This document shows, one piece after another, positions 1-9,930 of a stretch of 64,000 bases of DNA. Positions within the stretch are counted from its first letter, which is position 1; every line of letters starts with the position of its first letter. Source of the stretch: Thalassobaculaceae bacterium (GTDB taxonomy: Bacteria; Pseudomonadota; Alphaproteobacteria; Thalassobaculales; Thalassobaculaceae); contig OZ245843.1 in NCBI GenBank assembly GCA_965228875.1, positions 4,012,616-4,076,615 on the forward strand, given 5' to 3'. A program made the translations under genes and the position numbers. The notes under the pieces are model-generated. The model did not search any database. It had not been told where the DNA came from and saw only the letters and a list, made by a program, of their open reading frames with translations.

Positions 1-49
1 TGGCCGACGCCGCGGATATGCAGGTCCAACGGTCCGCTCCCGGCAACGC

Positions 50-1135
50 TCAGTAGGTCTCGACGTAGCTGGCGTCGACCAGCCCGTCGACAGTGATGTC
101 GCCCTTCACCAGCCCCTCGGCTTTGAACCAGTCGAGCTGGGCGCCGACGTTGGTGACGTTCAGCCTGGTGTCGGCGTTGAGACGCATGGCGCCGTTGCGG
201 ATCGACGGGGCGGCCTTCTCGTAGGGCCGGGTGGTGTAGACGTACTTGTGGATCAGCCGGACGATCGCCTCGGCCTCGTCGTCGCCGGCGGTCTTGTCCA
301 CCAGGGCGGCGTTGAAGTCGGCGGCACCCCTGGCGAAGGCGGCGAGAAATCGCTCGGTCTGGTCGCGCTTGCCGGCGGCGGTGTCGGCGGAGGTGAACAC
401 CGTGGTCACCTGGTAGTCCGGCGCGTAGTCGTTGACCCAGCCGATGATGTGGACGGCTCCGCCGCCGGCCAGCGCTTTGGCGATATGCGGAACGATGGCC
501 CAGGCATCGACCTGCCCCGACTTCAGCGCGCCGATGATGTTCGGCACCTTCTGCAGCGGGGTCAGCTTCAGGTCGGAGATCGCGAACCCTTCCTTCTCGG
601 CTATCCGGGCGGCCATGTAGTGGAAGGAGGAGCCGGCCTGGGTGATGGCGAAGCTGCGGCCCTTGAGCTTGTCCGGCGACGTCACGCCGTCCTTGAACGC
701 GGCATCGGAGACGATGATGGCCGAGCCGTCGATCCCCTTCTCCTCGTGCAGGGCGCCGCCGATCACCTTGATCGCGCCCTTGTCGGCCAGGTTGATCAGG
801 CCGCCGGTGATCGAGGTGATGCCGTAGTCGATGTCGCCCGAGGCGATCGCCACCGCCATCGGCTGGGCCGCCTGGAAGAACTCGAACTCCACGTCGAGGC
901 CGGCATCCTTGAAATAGCCGCGCTCGTAGGCGATGAAGCTGGCGGCGTGCGAGGTGAACCGCAGGGCGCCGACCTTGATCGTGTCGGCCGCGGCGGCGAG
1001 TTCGGTGGTGACCAGAGCCGGGACGGCGATCAGGGCGCCGAGCACGGCGCGGCGCGCTATGGCGCCCAGACGGATGGCGCCCAGACGGGTGGCGCCCAGA
1101 CGGGTGGCGCCTGACTGGGTGGTGAATGCCCGCAT
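50..1135 (-). CDS. ABC transporter substrate-binding protein, NMT1/SsuA/THI5 type
   Basis: Signal peptide with ARRAVL; AYERGYFKDAGLDVEF and ALKSGQVDA motifs; GGAGG RBS upstream of the ATG. Confidence 0.85.
   Translation of the reverse strand: MRAFTTQSGATRLGATRLGAIRLGAIARRAVLGALIAVPALVTTELAAAADTIKVGALRFTSHAASFIAYERGYFKDAGLDVEFEFFQAAQPMAVAIASGDIDYGITSITGGLINLADKGAIKVIGGALHEEKGIDGSAIIVSDAAFKDGVTSPDKLKGRSFAITQAGSSFHYMAARIAEKEGFAISDLKLTPLQKVPNIIGALKSGQVDAWAIVPHIAKALAGGGAVHIIGWVNDYAPDYQVTTVFTSADTAAGKRDQTERFLAAFARGAADFNAALVDKTAGDDEAEAIVRLIHKYVYTTRPYEKAAPSIRNGAMRLNADTRLNVTNVGAQLDWFKAEGLVKGDITVDGLVDASYVETY
1060..1111. repeat. 15-bp tandem repeat (TGGCGCCCAGACGGR, about 3.5 copies) inside the signal-peptide coding region
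   Basis: Read directly from the sequence; encodes GAT-RLGAT-RLGAI-RLGAI. Confidence 0.9.
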
Positions 1136-1237
1136 CTTCGTTTCCTCCGGTGGATTGTCCGCGCCCCTCGGCGGCGCTTTGGCGCGATCATAGTCGGATG
1201 CGCCGCCGCCGCCAGCGCTTCGTGGAGCGGCGGCCCG

Positions 1238-3076
1238 TCAGCCCGTGGGCTCCACGCCCATCCGCTCGGCCCAGAGCTGGGTCGTCAGCATGAGCCACAG
1301 GCGCCAGCCGAACATCGGCCGGTTCTCCTCGAACATCTGCGGCAGATGGACCATGGTTCCGGGGTGCATGACTCCGGTCTTCGCCACCCGTTCCGGCGTC
1401 AGCACCTCCAGCACCAGGTCCTTGAGCGGCCCGTTGAGCCACAGCGCCAGCGGCAGGGCGAAGCCGCGCTTTGGCACCGCGTCGAAGCCGGCCGGCAGCA
1501 GGGGCCGGGCGATGTCGATCAGGATCCGCTTGATGCCGCTCTCGCGGTAGCTCTGCTTCATGGGTTTCAGCGGCGCGCCGTGCGCCAGGATCGCCTCCTG
1601 CGGCAGGGACAGGCCGACGTCGATCACCCGCGGATCGAGATAGGGCACCCGGACCTCGAGCGAATGCGCCATGGACATGGCGTCGATGTCGCGCAGGAGC
1701 TGGTTGCTGGTGTAGCCGCGCAGGGTCAGGGCGGTCATCCGGGCGACCGGATCGGCGTCGCGCAGCTCGTCGATCGCGGCGTAGGTGACCCCTTTGCCCG
1801 TGGGCTTGCGGCGGGCCAGCAGCGGGTGGATCAGGTGCCCGAGGTCGCCCGGCGCGAAGGTCTGATGGAACTTGCCCGTGCACTCGGCGAAGTCGTCGAG
1901 GAAGTTCCGGGTGTCGGCGTGGTGGGTCAGCATCCGGGCGTGCCAGGGATAGCCCATGAACAGGTCGTCGGCACCGGTGCCGGAGATCGCCACCTTGACC
2001 TCCGCGCCCGCCGCCTTGGAGACGAAGTACGTGTTCAGCCCGTCGATGGACGGTTGGTCGATGCCGTCGACGATGCGGTCGATGTCGGCGCGGATCATCG
2101 CCGGCGAGATCTCGATGCGGGTGTGCTCGGTGCCGAGATGGGCGGCGAACTCGCCGGCGAGTTCGGTCTCGTCGACCACCGCCAGCTCCGGCGCGAAGCC
2201 GACCGAGAACGTCTTCACCCGGGCGCCGGCCTCGGCCGCCATCAGCGCGGTCAGCGTGGCGCTGTCGACGCCGCCGGACAGGAAGGCGCCGACCGGCACG
2301 TCGCCGATCATCTGGGCGCGGACGGTCTCGCCCAGGGCCTCGGCCATGGCCGCCACCTGATCGCCATATGCGGCCTGGCGCAGTCCCGCGACCCGGTCGA
2401 CGCCGAGCGACCAGTAGCGCTCGACCTCGACGCGGTCGCCGCGCACGCGCACGCCATGGGCCGGCGGCACCATGAAGACGCCGTCGATCAGGGTGTCCGG
2501 CTGAAACACCGCGCCATAGCGGAACATGTTGGCCAGCGCCCGCGGATTGACCCGGGGTGGGACGATGCCGCTGGCGACGATCGCCTTGAGCTCGGAGGCG
2601 AAGACGTGGCCCTCGGCGGTGCGCGCGAACAGCAGCGGCTTCACCCCCAGCGGATCGCGCGCCAGGAACACCGTCGGCGCTTGCGGATCCTCCCGCAGAT
2701 CGACCACCGCCAGCGCGAAGATGCCACGGATACGCTGCACGCACGCCGGGCCATAGTGACGGTACAGGGCGAGGATGACCTCGGTGTCGGAGGTCGAGCG
2801 GAAGGCGTAGCCGAGCTGTTCCAGGTGCCGACGCTGCTCCGGCGCGTTGTACATCTCGCCATTGTAGACGATCCAGACATCCTCGTCGGGCGAGGCCATG
2901 GGCTGATGGCCGCCGGGGCTCAGGTCCTGGATGGCGAGCCGGGTCATGCCGATGGCGATGCCGGGGCGCACCCAGGTGCCGCTGTCGTCCGGCCCCCGGT
3001 GGCGCATCGCCGCGACCATGCGGTCGATCGCCGCCCCCTCGGCCCGTCGCCCGATGATGCCCCCGATTCCGCACAT
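1238..3076 (-). CDS. asnB: Asparagine synthase (glutamine-hydrolysing) family amidotransferase, probably glycan-modifying
   Basis: N-terminal MCGI Ntn nucleophile; HRGPD, YNGE, LSGGVDS and SLEVRVPYLD motifs; directly downstream of wzm-wzt. Confidence 0.9.
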   Translation of the reverse strand: MCGIGGIIGRRAEGAAIDRMVAAMRHRGPDDSGTWVRPGIAIGMTRLAIQDLSPGGHQPMASPDEDVWIVYNGEMYNAPEQRRHLEQLGYAFRSTSDTEVILALYRHYGPACVQRIRGIFALAVVDLREDPQAPTVFLARDPLGVKPLLFARTAEGHVFASELKAIVASGIVPPRVNPRALANMFRYGAVFQPDTLIDGVFMVPPAHGVRVRGDRVEVERYWSLGVDRVAGLRQAAYGDQVAAMAEALGETVRAQMIGDVPVGAFLSGGVDSATLTALMAAEAGARVKTFSVGFAPELAVVDETELAGEFAAHLGTEHTRIEISPAMIRADIDRIVDGIDQPSIDGLNTYFVSKAAGAEVKVAISGTGADDLFMGYPWHARMLTHHADTRNFLDDFAECTGKFHQTFAPGDLGHLIHPLLARRKPTGKGVTYAAIDELRDADPVARMTALTLRGYTSNQLLRDIDAMSMAHSLEVRVPYLDPRVIDVGLSLPQEAILAHGAPLKPMKQSYRESGIKRILIDIARPLLPAGFDAVPKRGFALPLALWLNGPLKDLVLEVLTPERVAKTGVMHPGTMVHLPQMFEENRPMFGWRLWLMLTTQLWAERMGVEPTG

Positions 3077-3082
3077 GGCCGC

Positions 3083-4450
3083 TCAGCCCGCCGGGGGGGA
3101 GTCCGAAGAGCGCGGATGGCGGTCGAGCGACGGGATGATCCCCAGGTCGACGATCCCGACCAGACTGTCGTCCGGATCCGGAAGGACCTGGAACATCAGC
3201 GCGTCGAGGATACGGTGCAGCGACTGCCGCTCGCCGTCGACCACCCCGTTGACCCCCGTGTTGGCGAAGTAGGTGCCCGGCATCAGCGCACAGGTGAATT
3301 CGAAGGCGACGGAGACCCGCTCGCCGGGTTCGAAGTCCGGCAGGTCCTCGGTCAGCCGCTGGGTCGCCCGGCCGGCGACCTCGACGCCGGTCTTGGTCTT
3401 CAGCAGCGTGGCGAAGCGGACTTTCCGGCCCGGACCGTCGAACACCACGTCGTAGCGCAGCACGTAGGAGCGGCCGCGCACGAGCTGGTTCACCCGCTGG
3501 CCGTTGACGGTCTCGATCCTCGGGTCCGTGATGGCGGCGCCGTTGCCACCATGCTCGACCCGGCTCTCGCTGACGAAGGTCTCGTCCATCGCCGAGTCGA
3601 CCTCCGGCTCGGCCGTGTCCGGCGCGGCGGCGCCACGGCTGGTGCCGAGATGCAGAATCTCGCTGCGGATGCGCTCGCGGTCGCTGCCGGGGGCGTGGGT
3701 CAGGCGGAAGTAGTTCGAGGCGACCTCCTTCGGCTCGCCGTCGATCAGGATCTCGCCCCGGTCCATCAGCACCGCCCGGTCGCAGAGCTGGGTGATCATG
3801 CCCATGGCGTGGCTGACGAACAGGATGGTGGCGCCGGCGTCGCGCATCGCCTCGATCCGGGCCAGGCACTTGCGCTGGAAACCCTCGTCGCCGACCGCCA
3901 GCGCCTCGTCGACGATCAGGATGTCGGGATCGACGCTGACCGCGATCGAGAAGGCGAGGCGGACATACATACCGCTCGAGTAGGTGTTGACCGAGCGGTC
4001 GATGAAGTCGGCGAGGCCGGAGAACTCGACGATGCTGTCGTAGCGGGCGTCGATCTCCTCCTGGCTCAGGCCAAGGATCGCGGCGTTCAGGTAGATGTTC
4101 TCACGGCCGGTGAACTCCGGGTTGAAGCCGGCGCCGAGTTCCAGCAGGGCGGCCGGCCGGCCGCTGACCCGGACCGATCCGCCATTGGGCTGGAGCAGGC
4201 CGGCGATCACCTGAAGCAGGGTCGACTTGCCGGAGCCGTTGGGGCCGACGATGCCGACGGTCTCGCCGCGGCCGACGGTGAGCGAGACCCCCTGCAGCGC
4301 CATGAACACGTCGTAGTACCGGCCCATGCCCATCGACAGCATCTGCAGCAGCCGGTCGGCCGGACGGCGGAAGATCGAGAACGCCTTGGTGACGTTGTCG
4401 ATGACGATCGCCGGTTCGCCGGCGCGGGTCGCCGCGGCGTCAGAGGACAT
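3083..4450 (-). CDS. wzt: Polysaccharide export ABC ATPase with C-terminal Wzt_C domain
   Basis: Walker A GPNGSGKST, YSSGM signature, DEALAVGD, ILFVSH; long C-terminal beta-rich extension. Confidence 0.9.
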   Translation of the reverse strand: MSSDAAATRAGEPAIVIDNVTKAFSIFRRPADRLLQMLSMGMGRYYDVFMALQGVSLTVGRGETVGIVGPNGSGKSTLLQVIAGLLQPNGGSVRVSGRPAALLELGAGFNPEFTGRENIYLNAAILGLSQEEIDARYDSIVEFSGLADFIDRSVNTYSSGMYVRLAFSIAVSVDPDILIVDEALAVGDEGFQRKCLARIEAMRDAGATILFVSHAMGMITQLCDRAVLMDRGEILIDGEPKEVASNYFRLTHAPGSDRERIRSEILHLGTSRGAAAPDTAEPEVDSAMDETFVSESRVEHGGNGAAITDPRIETVNGQRVNQLVRGRSYVLRYDVVFDGPGRKVRFATLLKTKTGVEVAGRATQRLTEDLPDFEPGERVSVAFEFTCALMPGTYFANTGVNGVVDGERQSLHRILDALMFQVLPDPDDSLVGIVDLGIIPSLDRHPRSSDSPPAG

Positions 4451-5270
4451 CGGCGAAGCCCTTCTTCGTGCGCTGGAACCAAAAGGCGCCGAGCCACAGG
4501 AACACGGCGGCGATCGCGGTATAGATCGCCAGGTGCTCCAGGTTCGGCATCACCCCCCACAGCGCCAGGTCGCGGGTCGCATGCACCGGCACCGTGAGCG
4601 GGTTCAGCCAGATCAGGGTCTTCAACAGGTCCGGCAGGGTCTCCGGCGGGAACAGGATCGGGCTGCCGAACAGAAGTACGGTCGACAGGATGCCGACGAC
4701 ATGGCCGATGTCGCGCAGGTAGACGCCAAGCGACGCCAGGACCCAGGAGATCCCGACCACGATCGCAAAGAACGGAAACCAGACCAGCGGCACCAGGACC
4801 GTGGTCCACGGCACCGCGCCGTTGAACGCCAGCACCGCGGCGACCAGAACGATGAAGTTGAACGCCAGCGTCACCGCGGCCGAGCCGGTCGCCACCACCG
4901 AGAGCATCTCCAGCGGGAACACGACCTTCTTCACGAAGTTGACGTTCTCCAACACCAGCACCGGCGAGCGGACCAGCACCTCGGTGATGAAGAAGTGCAG
5001 CATCAGGCCGGAGAACAGGATGATGCCGTAGTTGTAGTCCATGTCCGGCACCCGCGAGGGAAACCGCACCTTGAGGATGGCGCTGAACACGTAGGCGTAA
5101 ACCAGGAAGGTCAGCATCGGCGTCAGCAGCGCCCAGACCATGCCGAGCGCCGACTTGCGGTAGCGCGAGAGGATGTCGCGACGGACGAGCTGACGCAGGA
5201 TCAGGCGGTTGTCGACCAGCGAGCGGACGAGATCCGCCGGGGTGGTTAGGAAACGGGGCGTTGGCGTCAT
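4440..5270 (-). CDS. wzm: Polysaccharide export ABC-2 permease
   Basis: RYRKSALGMVW, NFVKKVVFPLE, LRDIGH and LNPL motifs; multiple TM helices; overlaps wzt start. Confidence 0.9.
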   Translation of the reverse strand: MTPTPRFLTTPADLVRSLVDNRLILRQLVRRDILSRYRKSALGMVWALLTPMLTFLVYAYVFSAILKVRFPSRVPDMDYNYGIILFSGLMLHFFITEVLVRSPVLVLENVNFVKKVVFPLEMLSVVATGSAAVTLAFNFIVLVAAVLAFNGAVPWTTVLVPLVWFPFFAIVVGISWVLASLGVYLRDIGHVVGILSTVLLFGSPILFPPETLPDLLKTLIWLNPLTVPVHATRDLALWGVMPNLEHLAIYTAIAAVFLWLGAFWFQRTKKGFADVL

Positions 5271-5445
5271 CGGGATCGGGTCACGGGCTCCGGCCGGGCC
5301 AAGGGCGGCGGAGCAGACCGCTTGCCGCCAAAACTAGGCGCGGTGTACAGGATCGCCCCGGGGATGGCAATTGCACGTCCGCCGGCTTTCATCGGCGGTG
5401 CCGTCGGATATCCTGTCGGCCGCAGCAGAGACGAGGATCGGGTCC

Positions 5446-6090
5446 ATGGACAGCGGCGTGCCAGCGGCGGACGGGTATGAGTTCACGAACGACTGGTTCA
5501 AGCCGAAGCGTCGGGACGAGTGGACGCAGCTCTTCCGCACCATCGACCCGCACCGGCTGCTTGAGATCGGGTCCTACGAAGGCGCGAGCGCCTGCTTCCT
5601 GATCGACCACCTGGCGGCCCGCCACGCGCTCGAACTGCATTGCATCGATACCTGGGAAGGCGGCGTCGAGCACAAGGACGTGGGGACAGACATGGCGGCC
5701 GTCGAAGCCCGCTTCGACCGCAACGTCGCGAAGTCCCTGGCCGCGGCCGCGCACCCGGTCTCCTTCGTCAAGCACAAGGGACCGTCGCTGTCCGAGCTCG
5801 CCCGGCTGGTCGCCGCCGGCGCCTCGGGCCGCTTCGATTTCGTCTACATCGACGGATCGCACCTGGCCCAGGACGTGCTCGCCGATGCGGTGCTGGCGCT
5901 CGACCTGCTGAAGGTCGGCGGCATGATCGTGTTCGACGACTACCTCTGGGCCGAGGATCTGGACTACGGGCGCGATCCGCTGCGCACGCCGAAGATCGCG
6001 GTCGATGCGTTCGTCAACATCAACTTCCGCCGGGTCCGTGTCGTCAGCGCCCCGCTCTATCAGGTGTTCGTGCAGAAGATGCGGCCGTGA
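5446..6090 (+). CDS. Class I SAM-dependent methyltransferase (Methyltransf_24-like)
   Basis: LLEIGSYEGAS, FDFVYIDGSH and LKVGGMIVFDDY motifs; ATG at 5446 chosen after GAGG. Confidence 0.85.
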   Translation: MDSGVPAADGYEFTNDWFKPKRRDEWTQLFRTIDPHRLLEIGSYEGASACFLIDHLAARHALELHCIDTWEGGVEHKDVGTDMAAVEARFDRNVAKSLAAAAHPVSFVKHKGPSLSELARLVAAGASGRFDFVYIDGSHLAQDVLADAVLALDLLKVGGMIVFDDYLWAEDLDYGRDPLRTPKIAVDAFVNINFRRVRVVSAPLYQVFVQKMRP

Positions 6091-6161
6091 GGCGCTGCCT
6101 CACCGGGAGACGAAGGCGTGAGGCGCTGCCTCACCGGGAGACGAAGGCGTGAGGCACCGCT

Positions 6162-6169
<8 letters not shown>
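6086..6169. repeat. 31-bp tandem repeat with internal hairpin (2 exact copies plus 1 degenerate)
   Basis: CGTGAGGCGCTGCCTCACCGGGAGACGAAGG at 6086 and 6117; variant at 6148; stem GTGAGGC/GCCTCAC. Confidence 0.9.
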
Positions 6170-7031
<862 letters not shown>

Positions 7032-7086
7032 GGCCCCTCCGGCCGTGTCCGGCCTCCGTGGCGCTAGCCCGGAGGCCGGCTTGGGT

Positions 7087-8025
7087 TCAGGCGTCGTCGA
7101 GCGCCGCGCTCAGCTCCGGCACCGCCTTGAACAGGTCCGCCACGAGGCCGTAGTCGGCGACCTGGAAGATCGGCGCCTCCTCGTCCTTGTTGATGGCGAC
7201 GATGACCTTGCTGTCCTTCATGCCGGCCAGGTGCTGGATCGCGCCGGAGATGCCGACGGCGATGTACAGCTCCGGGGCGACGACCTTGCCGGTCTGGCCG
7301 ACCTGGTAGTCGTTCGGCACGAAGCCGGCGTCGACCGCCGCGCGCGAGGCGCCGACGGCGGCGTTCAGCTTGTCGGCGATCTCTTCCAGCATGGCGAAGT
7401 TCTCGCCGTTCTGCATGCCGCGGCCGCCGGAGATGACGACGCGGGCCGAGGTCAGCTCTGGACGGTCGGATTTCGACAGCTCCTGGCCGACCCAGCTCGA
7501 CAGGCCCTGATCGCCCTCGCCACCGGCATCCTCGACCGTGGCGGATCCGCCCTCGGCGGCCGCCGCATCGAAGTTCGTCCCGCGAACGGTGACGACCTTG
7601 GTGGCGTCGGACGACTTCACGGTGGCCAGCGCGTTGCCGGCGTAGATCGGCCGCACGAAGGTGTCGGCATCGATCACTTCGACGATGTCGGAGACCTGCG
7701 CGACGTCCAGCAGCGCGGCGACCCGCGGCATGATGTTCTTGCCGACGGTCGTCGCGGTGGCGACCACATGGCTGTGGCCGGCCGCCAGTCCGGCGATCAG
7801 CGGCGCCAGATTCTCGGCCAGCGTGTTGGCGTACTCGCCGCTGTCGACCTTGATGACCTTGGACACGCCGGCGACCTTGGCGGCCGCCTCCGCCGCACCG
7901 GCGCAGCCGGAACCGGCGATCAGGGCGACAACCTCACCGCCCATCGCCGCCGCCGCGGTAACCGCATGCAGGCTGGCCGGGGAGATCGCGTCGTTCGTGT
8001 GTTCGAAGAAGACCAGCGCGCTCAT
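7087..8025 (-). CDS. etfA: Electron transfer flavoprotein alpha subunit
   Basis: [17 protein letters not shown] and [12 protein letters not shown] motifs. Confidence 0.97.
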   Translation of the reverse strand: MSALVFFEHTNDAISPASLHAVTAAAAMGGEVVALIAGSGCAGAAEAAAKVAGVSKVIKVDSGEYANTLAENLAPLIAGLAAGHSHVVATATTVGKNIMPRVAALLDVAQVSDIVEVIDADTFVRPIYAGNALATVKSSDATKVVTVRGTNFDAAAAEGGSATVEDAGGEGDQGLSSWVGQELSKSDRPELTSARVVISGGRGMQNGENFAMLEEIADKLNAAVGASRAAVDAGFVPNDYQVGQTGKVVAPELYIAVGISGAIQHLAGMKDSKVIVAINKDEEAPIFQVADYGLVADLFKAVPELSAALDDA

Positions 8026-8026
8026 C

Positions 8027-8776
8027 TCAGATCACCTTCGCTTCGTTCTTCAGCTTCGAGACCAGCTCGGCGACGTCGGCGACCTTGGCGCCACCTTCGC
8101 GCTTCGGCGGCTCGACCACCTTCAGGGTCTCCAGGCGCGGGGCCGGGTCGACGCCGAGATCCGCCGGGCTCATCTGCTCGATCGGCTTCTTCTTCGCCTT
8201 CATGATGTTCGGCAGCGACGCGTAGCGCGGCTCGTTGAGGCGCAGGTCGGTAGTGACGATCGCCGGGGCCTTGACCTTGATGGTCTCCAGACCGCCGTCG
8301 ACCTCGCGGGTGACGGTCAGATCGCCGTCGCCGACCTCGATCTTCGAGGCGAAGGTCGCCTGGCTCCAGCCGAGCAGGGCGGACAGCATCTGGCCGGTCT
8401 GGTTGCAGTCGTCGTCGATCGCCTGCTTGCCAAGAATGCAGAGATCCGGGCTCTCCTTCTCGACGATGCCCTTCAGCATCTTGGCGACCGCCAGCGGCTC
8501 GACCTCGCCGTCGTGGACGACGTGAACGCCGCGATCGGCGCCCATGGCCAGCGCGGTGCGGATCGTCTCCTGCGCCTGGGCCGGGCCGATGGAGACGGCA
8601 ACCACCTCGGTCGCCTTGCCGGCCTCCTTCATACGAATCGCCTCTTCGACGGCGATCTCGTCGAACGGGTTCATCGACATCTTTACGTTGGCGAGCTCGA
8701 CACCGCTCTGGTCGGCCTTGACGCGGACCTTAACGTTGTAGTCGATCACCCGCTTTACGGGGACGAGTACCTTCAT
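8027..8776 (-). CDS. etfB: Electron transfer flavoprotein beta subunit
   Basis: [33 protein letters not shown] and [18 protein letters not shown] motifs. Confidence 0.97.
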   Translation of the reverse strand: MKVLVPVKRVIDYNVKVRVKADQSGVELANVKMSMNPFDEIAVEEAIRMKEAGKATEVVAVSIGPAQAQETIRTALAMGADRGVHVVHDGEVEPLAVAKMLKGIVEKESPDLCILGKQAIDDDCNQTGQMLSALLGWSQATFASKIEVGDGDLTVTREVDGGLETIKVKAPAIVTTDLRLNEPRYASLPNIMKAKKKPIEQMSPADLGVDPAPRLETLKVVEPPKREGGAKVADVAELVSKLKNEAKVI

Positions 8777-8923
8777 GGCTCCCTCGGACGATTTCGGATC
8801 TGGCGGTCTGGTAAGACCGAACGCCGTATTTTCGGGCGACCCCGCTCTTTAGAAAGCGCCCGGTCCCGAGTCAACCCGGCCACCGACCGGTCGGACGTTT
8901 TGTTCGCCGTGGCGCGGTGCCGA

Positions 8924-9499
8924 TCAGCGGTTGGCACCCGGCACCCACAGCACATCCGCCGCGCCCCGGTCGTTGATCCAGCGGGCCAGGACGAACAGGT
9001 GGTCGGACAGCCGGTTCATGTACTTCACCGCCTCGATGCCGACCGGCTCCAGGGTGGCGGCATAGGTGATCTCGCGCTCGGCCCGGCGAGCGACGGTACG
9101 GGCCAGATGCAGCTGCGCCGCCGTCGGCTTCCCTCCTGGCAGGATGAAGGAGTTCAGGGGCTCGAGCTCGGCGTTCAGGGAGTCGATCTCCGCCTCGAGG
9201 CGCGCCACCTGGCCGGCGGTGATGCGCAGCGGTGGATATTTCGGGTTCGCGACTTCCGGCGTGCACAGATCGGCGCCGAGGTCGAAGAGGTCGTTCTGGA
9301 TCCGCGCCAGCATGGCATCGACCGGTTCGCCGCCGTCCTGCACCGCGGTCAGCCGGGCGATCCCGATCACCGCGTTGGTCTCGTCGACGGTGCCGTAGGC
9401 GGCCGGCCGGGCCGAGTGTTTGGCCACGCGCGTGCCGTCGCCGAGCGACGTCTCGCCACCATCGCCGCCGCGCGTGTAGATCCGGGTCAGCTTCACCAC
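8924..9499 (-). CDS. pduO: Cob(I)alamin adenosyltransferase, PduO type
   Basis: IYTRGGDGGET, YGTVDE, FILPGG, ARTVARRAER and NRLSDHLF motifs. Confidence 0.93.
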   Translation of the reverse strand: MVKLTRIYTRGGDGGETSLGDGTRVAKHSARPAAYGTVDETNAVIGIARLTAVQDGGEPVDAMLARIQNDLFDLGADLCTPEVANPKYPPLRITAGQVARLEAEIDSLNAELEPLNSFILPGGKPTAAQLHLARTVARRAEREITYAATLEPVGIEAVKYMNRLSDHLFVLARWINDRGAADVLWVPGANR

Positions 9500-9503
9500 G
9501 TCA

Positions 9504-9704
9504 TCAGCCCCGCCCGAGCAGGGTGAGGAGGAGCATGAAGACGCAGATCGCGATGAACTGGAACAGAACGCGATAGCGCATCATGGAGTTCGACCACTTG
9601 GCGTTGAACTCTCCGCCGCGGGCCATGGCGACCACGCCCCAGACCAGAGCGCCCACAGTGGCGGCCATGGCCAGAAGCATCAGGATGACAAAGAACGTGT
9701 TCAT
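9504..9704 (-). CDS. Twin transmembrane helix small protein (HIG1-like)
   Basis: Two TM helices, SNSMMRYRVLFQ motif; usual position upstream of pduO-etfBA. Confidence 0.85.
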   Translation of the reverse strand: MNTFFVILMLLAMAATVGALVWGVVAMARGGEFNAKWSNSMMRYRVLFQFIAICVFMLLLTLLGRG

Positions 9705-9821
9705 GATGGGAGATATAGCCGCCTCGACGCAGGCTTCGATAGCGAAAGCGACAATTCGTTGTGGCGGATCGACGCGGCTGGTCGGTGCGCGCGCGCCGAC
9801 CGCGGTGCCGTGAATTTTCGC

Positions 9822-9836
9822 TTAATCCAATTTTAA
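9822..9836. promoter_or_regulatory. Putative CtrA-binding site (TTAA-N7-TTAA)
   Basis: TTAA-TCCAATT-TTAA in the AT-rich region upstream of the chemoreceptor gene. Confidence 0.6.
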
Positions 9837-9930
9837 TCCCGTGACGCCATCTTCCGCAGGCTTTCAATGAAGCTGGGGCCGCAAAAAGATGCGGCGAGCG
9901 TATACTTTAACCGCAAAAGGTGCGGATTTG

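Noticed and set aside
1346..4597. 1083-aa plus-strand ORF, and similar long ORFs at 1188-3869, 7661-9526, 30835-32700, 36105-37766 and 40505-42430
   Set aside because: Antisense or off-frame shadows of well-supported genes, expected in high-GC DNA; no recognisable motifs
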